DNA from: Eubacteriales bacterium | GTDB taxonomy: Bacteria; Bacillota; Clostridia; Oscillospirales; CAG-272 | Assembly (NCBI GenBank): GCA_051868045.1 | Contig: JBJDZN010000061.1 | Coordinates: 478-64,477 of the forward strand | Length of the DNA: 64,000 bases | Direction: 5' to 3' | Shown here: piece after piece, positions 1-8,867 of the stretch | How the letters are laid out: every line of letters begins with the position of its first letter | Position numbering within the stretch: position 1 is the stretch's first letter | Position numbers and translations under genes: made by a program | The notes under the pieces: generated by a model | Database searches by the model: none | The model's input: the letters and a program-made list of their open reading frames with translations, nothing else | Told to the model about the DNA's origin: nothing

Positions 1-680
1 GGGCTGTGATCCATCCGCTTGATGATGGAACCCATGTTGCCGTAGCCCATACTGCCCGCCATCAGAAGGATGGTGCGCTTACCGGGATCCAGCCCCAGTT
101 CGGTACGGATTTCCTGTTTGTTGCCGATTCTGGCAAATTTCGGGCTGATCGGAATGCCGGTGTCCAGGATCTGCTCGGCACAGAAGCCCTTTCTCATGGC
201 TTTGTTGGCAACCAGATGGTTGGGCAGAACGATGTAATCGGAACGCAGACATTCATCCCAGTAGGGGTGCATGGTGAAGTCGGTGAGAATACCCATACAT
301 TTGCAGGGCAGGGCGTTCTGCTCCTTGAGGATGTCCAGAATAAAGCCCGCCATGACGTGGGTGTAAATGATGATGTCGGGATTGTAGATGGCTATGTACT
401 TCTGAAGTTTGTGCGCAAGGGGCTTGTTTGCCGTGCGCATGGGGGAGTGGGCGGCGGCTTTTCGCCGCTCGATGATTTTGTACCCTTGGGAATAGATGTG
501 TTTGGATTTGACCGAGAGCAGATAGCCCTCGGAAAAGGCCTTGTAAACCACCTTGCTGACATATTCGTAGGTGTCAAGAACCCGCGCCTCCACACCCATG
601 GCAGAAAGGCTGTCTCCGATGGTTTTTGCACAGGTGTTATGCCCCTGTCCGGCAGTAATGGTCAGGATCAGTGCCTTCAT
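1..680 (-). CDS. MGDG synthase / UgtP-like diacylglycerol glycosyltransferase (GT28), N-terminal part; the 3' end lies outside the window
   Basis: My translation of the minus strand from the ATG at 680-678 gives MKALILTITAGQGHNTCAKTIGDSLSAMGVEARVLDTYEY... It has a GxGH motif and TDF..H..W and TGIPISPKF blocks, as in the UgtP family. It is missing from the ORF track because it runs off the window; the 6..818 + ORF is its mirror image. Confidence 0.7.
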   Translation of the reverse strand, partial: MKALILTITAGQGHNTCAKTIGDSLSAMGVEARVLDTYEYVSKVVYKAFSEGYLLSVKSKHIYSQGYKIIERRKAAAHSPMRTANKPLAHKLQKYIAIYNPDIIIYTHVMAGFILDILKEQNALPCKCMGILTDFTMHPYWDECLRSDYIVLPNHLVANKAMRKGFCAEQILDTGIPISPKFARIGNKQEIRTELGLDPGKRTILLMAGSMGYGNMGSIIKRMDHS

Positions 681-746
681 GGTCGTTCGATTGCTCCTTT
701 CGGCAAGTTCGTCGATAATTTGATGGTTGATCGGGATTCCGAAACT

Positions 747-775
747 ATTTTATCACACTTGATGGCAATTTACAA
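747..775 (-). promoter_or_regulatory. sigma-A type promoter for the glycosyltransferase gene
   Basis: Minus strand: TTGTAA (775-770), 17 nt spacer, TAAAAT (752-747), with TG at the extended -10 position. Confidence 0.5.
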
Positions 776-814
776 GCATCTTTCGAAAAAAATTAAAAAA
801 AATTCAAAAAGACC

Positions 815-843
815 TTGACAAAAGAGATTTTCTGTGGTAAACT
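815..843 (+). promoter_or_regulatory. sigma-A type promoter for rpmG-secE-nusG
   Basis: TTGACA (815-820), 17 nt spacer, TAAACT (838-843), preceded by TGg. A leader of about 146 nt follows before rpmG. Confidence 0.6.
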
Positions 844-989
844 GGGAATACCTCTGCAAGGAGGGTTTTGTTTGTACGTCCTTTTTTTGAGGGAATACAG
901 GCGGAAACCGTATGCATCCGACTTGCCGGAGGGAGGTATACGGAAGCTGCGGCTGACCGTGGCTTCAAATCAATCAGGAGGTGCCGAAC

Positions 990-1139
990 TTGAGAGTAAA
1001 GATCACATTGGTTTGCAGCGAGTGCAAGCAGAGAAATTACAATACCAAGAAGAACAAGAAAAATGATCCCGACAGACTCGAGATGAACAAGTATTGCCGT
1101 TTCTGCAGAAAGCATACTCTGCATAAAGAATCGAAGTAA
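990..1139 (+). CDS. rpmG: 50S ribosomal protein L33
   Basis: Not in the ORF track (49 aa, TTG start). My translation: [55 protein letters not shown] lies 8 nt upstream. It has the usual position before secE-nusG. Confidence 0.85.
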   Translation: MRVKITLVCSECKQRNYNTKKNKKNDPDRLEMNKYCRFCRKHTLHKESK

Positions 1140-1151
1140 GGAGGTCTTGTC

Positions 1152-1415
1152 ATGGCTGAAGAAAAAGAGAAGGCAGTAAAGGCTGAGAAAAAGTCTGAAA
1201 AGCCTGCGAAGAAAAAGAAGGAAAAGTCCCACAAGATTTCCGGCTATTTCAGGGATCTGAAAAGTGAACTGAAGAAAATCACCTGGTACAGCGCACACGA
1301 TACCCTTCAGAACAGCGTCTGGGTTGTTGCAGCCCTGATCATCCTGACGGCAGTCATCGGCGGTGTCAACTGGGGATTTGCCCAGATTATGTTGCTGCTG
1401 GGCAGATTAGTGTAA
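1152..1415 (+). CDS. secE: preprotein translocase subunit SecE
   Basis: 87 aa with a lysine-rich N-terminus and a single C-terminal TM helix (VWVVAALIILTAVIGGV). Sits between rpmG and nusG. Confidence 0.85.
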   Translation: MAEEKEKAVKAEKKSEKPAKKKKEKSHKISGYFRDLKSELKKITWYSAHDTLQNSVWVVAALIILTAVIGGVNWGFAQIMLLLGRLV

Positions 1416-1428
1416 GGTAGAGATCGTC

Positions 1429-1974
1429 ATGGATGCAGCAAATGATTATATCGACGGTATCCATTGGTACGTCGTCCATACCTACTCGGGATATGAGAAC
1501 AAGGTCAAGACAAACCTTGAGAAGATCGTAGAAAACCGCTCCCTTCAGGAGCTGATCTATGACATCCGCATTCCTACTTCAACCGAAATCGAGGGTGAGG
1601 GCGAGAATGCCAAAGAGGTTGAGGTCAAGATTTATCCCAGCTACGTCATGATCAAGATGATCATGAACGATTTCACCTGGCACATCATCCGCAACATCAC
1701 GGGTGTTACCGGCTTTGTTGGCTCCGGTGCGACGCCCATTCCCCTGTCTGATGCAGAGGTTGCATCGCTGGGAGTGGATACCGTTACGACTCCTTCGCTT
1801 GCATACGGCGTGGGCGACAGCGTATCCATCAAATCGGGTCCCTTCCAGGGATTCATCGGCAAGGTTGAAGAGATTTCCGCCGATCAGAAGACGGTTCGGA
1901 TTCTGGCATCCATGTTTGGCAGAGAAACACCTGTTGAAATTGATGCAAAGAGCGTCGAGCCTCTGAAAATCTAA
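1429..1974 (+). CDS. nusG: transcription termination/antitermination factor NusG
   Basis: WYVVHTYSGYENKVKTNLE NGN-domain opening and a C-terminal KOW block (GDSVSIKSGPFQGFIGKVEEI). Confidence 0.95.
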   Translation: MDAANDYIDGIHWYVVHTYSGYENKVKTNLEKIVENRSLQELIYDIRIPTSTEIEGEGENAKEVEVKIYPSYVMIKMIMNDFTWHIIRNITGVTGFVGSGATPIPLSDAEVASLGVDTVTTPSLAYGVGDSVSIKSGPFQGFIGKVEEISADQKTVRILASMFGRETPVEIDAKSVEPLKI

Positions 1975-2097
1975 GACAATTGCAACACAGGACGGCAAAA
2001 AACGTCCGAACGGACAGTGTTTTGTCCGTAAATAAGTGGGAGGAAGAAAATTTTTGCATTCTTCCGAATCAGAACCACTTTGGAGAGGTAAATTACT
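1975..2097 (+). promoter_or_regulatory. rplK-rplA 5' leader with stem-loops; possibly an L1-binding autoregulatory leader
   Basis: Hairpins at 1990-2007 (ggacg/cgtcc), 2010-2029 (acggaca/tgtccgt) and 2042-2065 (ggaagaa/ttcttcc, preceded by GGGAG). Assignment to an L1-type leader rests on position only. Confidence 0.3.
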
Positions 2098-2523
2098 ATG
2101 GCAAAGAAAATTACCGGTTATATTAAGCTTCAGATTGCAGCCGGAAAGGCACTTCCCGGACCTCCCGTAGGTCCTGCACTGGGACAGCACGGTGTTTCGA
2201 TTCCTAACTTCGTTAAGGAATTCAACGAAAGAACCAAGTCCCAGATCGGTCTGATCGTTCCCGTTATCATCACGGTTTACGCAGACCACTCCTTCACCTT
2301 TATCGTTAAGACTCCTCCCGTACCTGTCCTGATCAAGAAGGCAGCAGGTATCGAGTCCGGATCCGCAACCCCCAACAAGACCAAGGTTGCATCGCTGACC
2401 ATGGCACAGGTTACTGAGATTGCTCAGACCAAGCTGCCCGACCTGAACGCAGCTTCTCTGGAGTCTGCAATCAGCATGGTCAAGGGTACCGCACGCAGCA
2501 TGGGCGTTACCGTAGTAGATTAA
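2098..2523 (+). CDS. rplK: 50S ribosomal protein L11
   Basis: [32 protein letters not shown] is the canonical L11 N-terminus. Confidence 0.97.
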   Translation: MAKKITGYIKLQIAAGKALPGPPVGPALGQHGVSIPNFVKEFNERTKSQIGLIVPVIITVYADHSFTFIVKTPPVPVLIKKAAGIESGSATPNKTKVASLTMAQVTEIAQTKLPDLNAASLESAISMVKGTARSMGVTVVD

Positions 2524-2538
2524 AGGAGGAGACGAAGA

Positions 2539-3225
2539 ATGGGTAAGAAATATCAGGACAGCGCAAAGCTGATCGAGCGCAGCAAGCTGTACGATTCTAA
2601 TGAGGCACTGGCACTGGTTTGCCAGACTGCAAAGGCAAAGTTCGATGAGACCATCGAGGTTCATGTCCGTCTGGGCGTTGACTCCCGTCATGCAGACCAG
2701 CAGGTCCGCGGTGCGGTTGTTCTTCCCAACGGTACCGGTAAGAAGGTAAGAGTTCTTGCACTGGTTAAGGGCGACAAGGAAGCAGACGCAAAGGCAGCAG
2801 GTGCTGACTATGTAGGTGCTGAAGAGTATATCGAGAAGATCCAGAAGGAGAACTGGTTCGAGTTTGACATTATCGTAACCACTCCCAACATGATGGGTCA
2901 GATCGGTCGTCTGGGTCGCGTGCTTGGTCCTAAGGGACTGATGCCTAACCCCAAGGCAGGAACCGTAACCATGGATATTGCAAAGGCGATCACCGATGCT
3001 AAGGCAGGTAAGATTGAGTACCGTCTGGATAAGACCAACATCATCCACTGCCCCATCGGAAAGGCATCCTTCGGTGCCGAGAAGCTCCAGGAGAACTTCG
3101 ATGCTCTGCTGGGAGCCATCATCAAGGCAAAGCCCGTTGCCGCAAAGGGTCAGTACATCAAGAGCTGCGTACTCGCATCTACGATGGGACCCGGCGTGAA
3201 GGTCAACTACACGAAGCTGGGCTGA
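2539..3225 (+). CDS. rplA: 50S ribosomal protein L1
   Basis: 228 aa with [24 protein letters not shown] and the [15 protein letters not shown] motifs. Confidence 0.97.
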   Translation: MGKKYQDSAKLIERSKLYDSNEALALVCQTAKAKFDETIEVHVRLGVDSRHADQQVRGAVVLPNGTGKKVRVLALVKGDKEADAKAAGADYVGAEEYIEKIQKENWFEFDIIVTTPNMMGQIGRLGRVLGPKGLMPNPKAGTVTMDIAKAITDAKAGKIEYRLDKTNIIHCPIGKASFGAEKLQENFDALLGAIIKAKPVAAKGQYIKSCVLASTMGPGVKVNYTKLG

Positions 3226-3235
3226 GATAGCTACA

Positions 3236-3265
3236 AAACCTGCGGCTCTGCCGCAGGTTTTTTCC
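3236..3265 (+). terminator. rho-independent terminator after rplA
   Basis: Stem acctgcgg / ccgcaggt, then a T run. Confidence 0.8.
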
Positions 3266-3353
3266 TTTATCGGTTGGATTTTGTCGGATTGCGGCGGCAT
3301 TTTGCCGCCACGCCGAACTCAAATCGGCAAAAACTTCAAGTTCATGAAAAGGG

Positions 3354-4223
3354 TTGGTCATATTTATGGATAAACGGGATAAGCTGATGCGGGCGGCGGA
3401 CGGCGGCATCGTTTTTATGCTCTGCCTTCTGCAAATGGGCATTCTGGGTTCCCTCCTGATGGAATTCATGGGGGTGTACGTCATTCTGCTCTGCGAAGTT
3501 CTGACCGTCTGCCTTACAGTGGGTGCCGCAAGGCTGACCCGCCTGAAAACTTCCGCTTATCTGAAGCTGACCCCACCTGACGTCCGTCAGATCTGCGGTG
3601 CCTCTCTGCTTTATGCTTCTGCCCTTCTGGCGGCAATCCCGCTGATTTTGTTCGGACATCTGCTTCTTCCGAATTTTGCGGTGTCCGGATTTCACATTGC
3701 AAACTGCCGGGGCTATTCGATCCCCATGTTTCTGCTGATTCTGCTGGTGTCGGCACTGTCGGAGACGGTTCTCTTCGAGGGTTATCTTTATTCGAGATTT
3801 CGCTATCTCCCCGGCGCATTCACCCGGATTTTGCTGATTTCCGGCATTTTCGCCATCTATCACCTGGAAATGGCACTGCTTCTGCCCCTGTTTGTGGTGG
3901 AGATTTTTCTTCTGATCATCCGTGAGCGTACCGGATCTATGCTGATCCCCTTCGTCCTTCACTTTCTGACCGGATTGCTGTCACTTTCCCTGATGCAGGC
4001 GGCATCGCCGGAAGAGGCATTGATGGGAGCCGAAATGGGGGGACTTCAGGTATCCGGTCTGGCACTGATTTTCCTCGGTGCGGCGATTCCGGTGCTGATC
4101 TGCGGGAATCTCCTGCTTCGGGGCAAAAAGAAGGCAACCCCCCTGTTTACGGTGATTCTGCTGGCGGCGGCACTGGTGCTGGTGGCACTGGGCTGCGGCA
4201 TCTCAGGCATGGGAGCACAATAA
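3354..4223 (+). CDS. polytopic membrane protein, CPBP (CAAX protease/Abi)-like with partly non-canonical motifs
   Basis: Multi-TM protein. SETVLFEGYLYSRF resembles the EExxxR block, IFAIYHLE the FxxxH block and FVLHFLTG the HxxxN block. The exact start is uncertain (ATG at 3366 is also possible). Confidence 0.55.
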   Translation: MVIFMDKRDKLMRAADGGIVFMLCLLQMGILGSLLMEFMGVYVILLCEVLTVCLTVGAARLTRLKTSAYLKLTPPDVRQICGASLLYASALLAAIPLILFGHLLLPNFAVSGFHIANCRGYSIPMFLLILLVSALSETVLFEGYLYSRFRYLPGAFTRILLISGIFAIYHLEMALLLPLFVVEIFLLIIRERTGSMLIPFVLHFLTGLLSLSLMQAASPEEALMGAEMGGLQVSGLALIFLGAAIPVLICGNLLLRGKKKATPLFTVILLAAALVLVALGCGISGMGAQ

Positions 4224-4330
4224 TCTTGAATTTGGAGCGATGCCCCCTCTCTCCCGGTCTGATACCGGAAAGTTGCACCGGGCATCAGGGGTTCTCTCCA
4301 TAAAATTACAGAAAAGGTTGGTATTCGATT

Positions 4331-5776
4331 ATGAGTTATCTGATTTCGGGCTATGAGCCTGCCTCCCTCTTTCGCTATTTCGAGGACATCTGCAAAATTC
4401 CCCACGGATCGGGCAATGAGGAGAAAATCGCAGACTATCTCTGCGATTTCGCACGCTCCCGTGGGCTGTTTTTCCTGCGGGACGACCTGAACAACGTCTT
4501 TATGCGAAAGGATGCCACTGTCGGCTATGAGGATCATCCTCCGGTTCTGCTTCAGGGACATATGGATATGGTCTGCGAGAAGAATAAGGACACCGTCCAC
4601 GATTTCGAAAAGGATCCCCTTGATCTCACCATCGAGAACGGATGGCTCCGTGCAAAAGGTACGACCCTCGGCGGCGACGACGGTGCGGCGGTGGCTATGA
4701 TGCTTGCGGCACTGTCCGATGAAAGTCTGCCTCATCCCATGCTGGAGTGCCTGTTTACCACCGGCGAGGAAACCCGTATGGCAGGTGCGGACGGCTTTGA
4801 TTACAGCGTTGTAAAGTCGAGAAAGCTGATCAATCTGGACTCGGAGGCGGAGGGCGTGGTTACGGTGTCCTGCGCAGGCGGAACCGATCTTGCCCTGAAC
4901 TACCCCGTGGATCGGATCAAGGAAAGCGGAAGAACCCTTCGGATCAGTGTCAAGGGACTTGCCGGAGGACATTCTGGTGCTGAGATTCATCTCTGCCGTG
5001 GCAATGCCTGTCGGATTCTGGCAAGACTCTTATCGGTTCTCTATGAGGATGAACCCTTCCATCTGATTTCGATTTCGGGCGGCAATAAGCGCAATGCCAT
5101 CCCCCGTGAGGCGGAGGCGGAGATTTCGGTTCTGGATGAAAAGCGTGCAACCGAGGTTCTGCTTGCCGAGGAGAGACGCATCAGCGCAGAGCTGTCCCCT
5201 GCCGACCGTTCCTTCCGGGTTCATGTGGGGAAGGGATGCGTCAGAGAGGAGATGTTCTCCTATAAGGACACTTCCGCCGTGCTGAACCTGTTGCTGACCG
5301 TCCCCAATGGAGTCATCGCCATGTCGCCCACGGTGGAGAATTTCGTGCGGACCTCCTCCAATATCGGCATTCTGACTACCGATGAGACCGGAGTTCATCT
5401 GGGTATTATGGCACGGTCCTCTCAGGACAGTGAACTGGATGCCCAGTTGATCGTCTTCCGCAGACTTGCCAAGCTGATCGGCGCCGAGTATGTACTGGAG
5501 GATCACCACGCCGGATGGGAGCTTTGCCCCGATTCCCAACTGACACGGGATTATGTGGAGGTCTGGAAGGCTCTCTACCCCGAGAAGGAGCCGATTGTCT
5601 GCGGCATTCACGCCGGACTGGAGTGCGGAATCATCCTGTCCAAACTGGACGGACCCTGCGACGCCATCTCCATCGGACCCGATATGCAGGCAATCCACAC
5701 CCCCGACGAGGCTCTGTCGCTGATCAGTTGTCAGCGAACCTACGCCCTGCTTGCCGAAATGCTCAAAAGAGCGTGA
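4331..5776 (+). CDS. pepD: aminoacyl-histidine dipeptidase (peptidase M20C, PepD)
   Basis: EPASLFRYFEDICKIPHGSGNE, LLQGHMDMVCEKN and GTTLGGDDGAAVA are typical PepD blocks; 481 aa. Confidence 0.9.
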   Translation: MSYLISGYEPASLFRYFEDICKIPHGSGNEEKIADYLCDFARSRGLFFLRDDLNNVFMRKDATVGYEDHPPVLLQGHMDMVCEKNKDTVHDFEKDPLDLTIENGWLRAKGTTLGGDDGAAVAMMLAALSDESLPHPMLECLFTTGEETRMAGADGFDYSVVKSRKLINLDSEAEGVVTVSCAGGTDLALNYPVDRIKESGRTLRISVKGLAGGHSGAEIHLCRGNACRILARLLSVLYEDEPFHLISISGGNKRNAIPREAEAEISVLDEKRATEVLLAEERRISAELSPADRSFRVHVGKGCVREEMFSYKDTSAVLNLLLTVPNGVIAMSPTVENFVRTSSNIGILTTDETGVHLGIMARSSQDSELDAQLIVFRRLAKLIGAEYVLEDHHAGWELCPDSQLTRDYVEVWKALYPEKEPIVCGIHAGLECGIILSKLDGPCDAISIGPDMQAIHTPDEALSLISCQRTYALLAEMLKRA

Positions 5777-5789
5777 ATTTGATATGGGT

Positions 5790-5830
5790 AAAAATACCCA
5801 AGAAACGGCATTGTTTCTTGGGTATTTTTG
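5790..5830 (+). terminator. rho-independent terminator after pepD
   Basis: Stem aaaatacccaagaaac / gtttcttgggtatttt, then T residues. Confidence 0.8.
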
Positions 5831-5870
5831 ACGAATTTGCCTTTCGGTTTCAAAAGCACGAGGTATCTGC

Positions 5871-5899
5871 TTGACAAAATTCGAAAGATGTGATAGAAT
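5871..5899 (+). promoter_or_regulatory. sigma-A type promoter
   Basis: TTGACA (5871-5876), 17 nt spacer, TAGAAT (5894-5899), with an extended TG. Confidence 0.6.
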
Positions 5900-5945
5900 A
5901 CAGGTGTCAAGAAAGCTATGACAGTCAGATGAATTTGAAAGGAGT

Positions 5946-6779
5946 ATGAGAATCGTGAAAAAAACAATACTTGCCCTTGTGTTGATACTGTCACTGCTGC
6001 CGATGACCTTCGGTTGTGATCAGTCGTCTGACACACAGGAAAACCATGCTTCATCCCAGACCACCGATACCACGAGTCCCGACGGTCCGGAGAATCCGAC
6101 GGAGTCCATCCCCCTGACTTTTGAGGAAATCATGGCACTTCCGACGGTTCAGTCGTTCGATATCGATCGTCCGTTTATAAGGGATTTTGATGATTATCTT
6201 CAGCGTATGAATCAACGCGGAGTCCCCTATTCCTTTGTGAGTGGCGAGGCTGTGGAATCCCATCGGTATCTTGCATGGAATGGGGATATGATCTATGGAT
6301 TTACACTGACCACCGTTCGGATTACCGCTGTGGATTCCGACTACAACGATCTTGAACTTGCTGTCGGCGATACGATTACCGTTAAAGAGGGCATTTATGT
6401 CTTTTTTGCCGATGTGGATGAGGGTATAGCGTATGTGACTGAAAAAATCTGTTCGGCTAACCGGGCAGACAGCTTGGAGGCTGTGGAAAACGGTGCCTGC
6501 GAACTTGTTCCCGTTGTCGGCAAAAATTATAAAAAGTATTGCGATTATAATATTGGCTGGCACATTCCCATGGAGGCGGGGAGACCGTATACATTCTGCG
6601 CAGTCAGGAACACCGATGAAACGGGAGGATTTACCGATATTTATGTTGCGCTTCATGTTTACGGCGTAGGGATGACCGATCCTGAAGGCTTCCTTTCCAA
6701 AATCGGAATCAGCGTCGCTTCCGACGATTTGATGATTGCCGAAGGAATCAACAGCAGATTTTGCTCCGATGAGGAATAA
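5946..6779 (+). CDS. lipoprotein of unknown function
   Basis: Signal peptide with lipobox (LLPMTFGC), then a low-complexity S/T/P segment. No family recognised. Confidence 0.7.
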   Translation: MRIVKKTILALVLILSLLPMTFGCDQSSDTQENHASSQTTDTTSPDGPENPTESIPLTFEEIMALPTVQSFDIDRPFIRDFDDYLQRMNQRGVPYSFVSGEAVESHRYLAWNGDMIYGFTLTTVRITAVDSDYNDLELAVGDTITVKEGIYVFFADVDEGIAYVTEKICSANRADSLEAVENGACELVPVVGKNYKKYCDYNIGWHIPMEAGRPYTFCAVRNTDETGGFTDIYVALHVYGVGMTDPEGFLSKIGISVASDDLMIAEGINSRFCSDEE

Positions 6780-6792
6780 AGCGATCCGCTCC

Positions 6793-6832
6793 CCGCAGGC
6801 GGCACAATTTTGTGCCGCCTGCGGCATATTTG
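6793..6832 (+). terminator. stem-loop terminator after the lipoprotein gene
   Basis: 14-bp stem ccgcaggcggcaca / tgtgccgcctgcgg. The T tract is weak (catatttgt). Confidence 0.6.
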
Positions 6833-6852
6833 TCCCCCGAGCGTCATATGGA
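6824..6852 (+). promoter_or_regulatory. possible sigma-E type sporulation promoter of spoIVA
   Basis: GCATATT (6824-6830), 14 nt spacer, CATATGGA (6845-6852), compared with the remembered B. subtilis sigma-E pattern (ATA-containing -35, 14 nt, CATACA.T). The -10 match is only partial. Confidence 0.35.
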
Positions 6853-6893
6853 TGTATCAAACGAATGCGCAAAACGGAAGGGTTTGATCTGAA

Positions 6894-8372
6894 GTGACGA
6901 ACACGAGTATCTATCAGGATATTGCCAAACGGACGGGCGGGGACATTTACATCGGGGTCGTAGGTCCGGTCCGAACGGGAAAATCCACTTTTTTGAAGAA
7001 GTTCATGGAAAATCTGGTTCTCCCCAACATGGAGGCGGGCTACGACAGAGAACGGGCAAAGGATGAAATGCCCCAGTCGGCGGCGGGCAAGACCGTCATG
7101 ACCACCGAACCCAAATTCATCCCCGACGAGGCGGTTCCCATCCTCATTGACGGGGTGGCGAAGCTGTCGGTCAAGATGGTGGACTGCGTGGGCTATCTGG
7201 TGGACGGCGCACTGGGGGCAAGCGAGAACGGAGAGCCCCGGATGGTCATGACCCCCTGGTCGGGGGATCCCATGCCCTTTGAGGAGGCGGCGGAAACCGG
7301 TACCCGGAAGGTCATCACCGATCACGCCACCATTGGGATTCTGGTGACCACCGACGGCAGTATCACCGAAATCGACCGCACCGCCTATGAGGATGCCGAG
7401 CGGCGGGTGGCGGCAGAAATGTCGGCACTGGGAAAGCCCTTTGCCGTGGTGCTGAACTCCGCTCATCCCGAATACCCCGAAACTCAGGCACTGGCAATGG
7501 AGCTGGAGAGCCGCTACCGTGCGCCGGTTGCCCTGGTCAACTGTTTGGAGCTGAACGGCGAGGACATCCGCCACATTCTGGAACTGGTTCTGCTGGAATT
7601 TCCCATCTGTTCGGTGGAGGTAAAGCTCCCCGAGTGGACCGATGCCCTGCCTGACGACTACCCTCTGATGGTGTCTCTGCAGGAAAACCTTCTTTCCGCC
7701 ATCGGGTCTATCAAAAAGGTAGGCGAGGTCGCCGAAAGTCTGAAAAACTTCAAGGATGAGTCGGCAGAGGGAGCCGTTGCCGAAGGAATTGATCTGGGTA
7801 GCGGAAACGCCGTGGTGGAAATCCGTTTCTGCCCGGAGGTTTACTATCAGGTTCTGTCCGATCTGTCGGGGCTGACCGTTTCCGGTCAGTCGGAACTGAT
7901 CTCCACTCTGTGCAAGCTGTCCGAAATCAAGAGCAAGTACGACCGTGTGGCAACCGCACTGTCCGAGGTGGAGGAAAAGGGCTACGGCGTCGTTATCCCC
8001 GAGAAGTCCGATCTGATTCTGGAGGAGCCGAAGATTGTCAAGCATTCGGGCGGATACGGGGTACTTCTGAAGGCATCTGCACCCTCTATCCATATGATCC
8101 GGGCGACCATTCAGACCGAAATTTCTCCCGTGGTGGGAACCGAGGCGCAGAGCGAGGATTTGGTCAACTACCTGTTGGAGGAGTTCCAGGGTGAGGATAG
8201 CGAGAAAATCTGGTCTACCAATCTCTTCGGAAGGACACTTTATGAACTGGTCAACGACGGACTGGCGGCAAAGCTGGCGAATCTGCCCGATGATGCCCGT
8301 ATGAAGATGGCGGAAACCCTGTCCAGAATCATCAACGAAGGCTCCGGCGGACTGATCTGCATCATCCTGTAA
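6894..8372 (+). CDS. spoIVA: stage IV sporulation protein A (spore coat morphogenetic ATPase)
   Basis: IYQDIAKRTGGDIYIGVVGPVRTGKSTFLKKFME Walker A opening and a conserved C-terminus (GGLICIIL); 492 aa, GTG start. Confidence 0.95.
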   Translation: MTNTSIYQDIAKRTGGDIYIGVVGPVRTGKSTFLKKFMENLVLPNMEAGYDRERAKDEMPQSAAGKTVMTTEPKFIPDEAVPILIDGVAKLSVKMVDCVGYLVDGALGASENGEPRMVMTPWSGDPMPFEEAAETGTRKVITDHATIGILVTTDGSITEIDRTAYEDAERRVAAEMSALGKPFAVVLNSAHPEYPETQALAMELESRYRAPVALVNCLELNGEDIRHILELVLLEFPICSVEVKLPEWTDALPDDYPLMVSLQENLLSAIGSIKKVGEVAESLKNFKDESAEGAVAEGIDLGSGNAVVEIRFCPEVYYQVLSDLSGLTVSGQSELISTLCKLSEIKSKYDRVATALSEVEEKGYGVVIPEKSDLILEEPKIVKHSGGYGVLLKASAPSIHMIRATIQTEISPVVGTEAQSEDLVNYLLEEFQGEDSEKIWSTNLFGRTLYELVNDGLAAKLANLPDDARMKMAETLSRIINEGSGGLICIIL

Positions 8373-8387
8373 GGGGGAAAGATTTTC

Positions 8388-8732
8388 ATGGGAAATCCGT
8401 GTACCTTTTCCTCATTGCGGGATAAGGAGATCGTGAACACCGCCGACGGCAGTCGGCTGGGCTTCGCTTGCGATCTGGAAATCGACCCGATATGCGGGAA
8501 AATCTGCGCTCTGCTGGTTCCCGGGAGGACGAAACTGTTCAAGCCGGGAAAATGCCGGGAAATCACCATCCCGTGGAACTGCATTGTCAGAATCGGGGAC
8601 GATCTGATTCTCGTCTGCCTGCATCCGGATCAAAGGGATCGGGACAGGGATCGGGATCGGGACAGAGATAAGGATCGGGATAGGGACAGAGATAAGGATC
8701 GGGATAGGGACAGAGATAAGGACAGAAATTAG
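8388..8732 (+). CDS. YlmC/YmxH-family PRC-barrel sporulation protein with a C-terminal Arg/Lys-Asp dipeptide repeat tail
   Basis: The first ~80 aa (FSSLRDKEIVNTADGSRLGFACDLEIDPICGKICALLVPGR...ITIPWNCIVRIGDDLILV) fit the YlmC/YmxH pattern. It starts 15 nt after the spoIVA stop, with a GGGGGAAAG RBS. Confidence 0.8.
   Translation: MGNPCTFSSLRDKEIVNTADGSRLGFACDLEIDPICGKICALLVPGRTKLFKPGKCREITIPWNCIVRIGDDLILVCLHPDQRDRDRDRDRDRDKDRDRDRDKDRDRDRDKDRN
8634..8726 (+). repeat. in-frame tandem repeat encoding (RD)n/(KD) dipeptides
   Basis: The 24-nt unit gacagagataaggatcgggatagg occurs about 2.6 times after an (RD)6 lead-in. It encodes RDRDRDRDRDRDKDRDRDRDKDRDRDRDKDR. Confidence 0.9.
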
Positions 8733-8801
8733 GCAGCAAACGGGCAGCTTTACTGAAATGTTAAAGAATTGAAAATAATTGGCAAATATTTTGTTATGCC
8801 C

Positions 8802-8830
8802 TTGCAAAATCGGCAAAAATAGGCTATAAT
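8802..8830 (+). promoter_or_regulatory. sigma-A type promoter of the acidic repeat protein gene
   Basis: TTGCAA (8802-8807), 17 nt spacer, TATAAT (8825-8830). Confidence 0.6.
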
Positions 8831-8867
8831 GAAACTATAACAATATTTTTGAAAGGAAGTTAAGACG

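Noticed and set aside
6-818. A 270-aa plus-strand ORF at the left edge.
   Set aside because: It is the mirror frame of the minus-strand UgtP-like glycosyltransferase. That gene's translation (MKALILTITAGQGH...) is clearly genuine and has a proper RBS and promoter.
815-1066. An 83-aa ORF overlapping the rpmG region.
   Set aside because: It is in a different frame from the clearly recognisable L33 coding sequence (990-1139), and its 5' part covers the promoter and leader.
6051-8093. Very long ORFs antisense to recognised genes. Examples: 6051..8093 (-) opposite spoIVA, 1579..3300 (-) opposite nusG/rplKA, 12046..13713 (-) opposite phoR, 30327..32720 (-) opposite polC, 33541..34896 (-) opposite the CotH gene, 35063..36184 (+) opposite glyA, 37179..38717 (-) opposite mnmE, 55020..56360 (+) opposite pgk, 58347..60215 (-) opposite pckA.
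   Set aside because: Each lies entirely opposite a gene whose translation is unmistakably a conserved protein. Their own translations are low-complexity (rich in R, G, H and Q) with no recognisable motifs or RBS. GC-rich third-codon positions deplete stop codons on the antisense strand.
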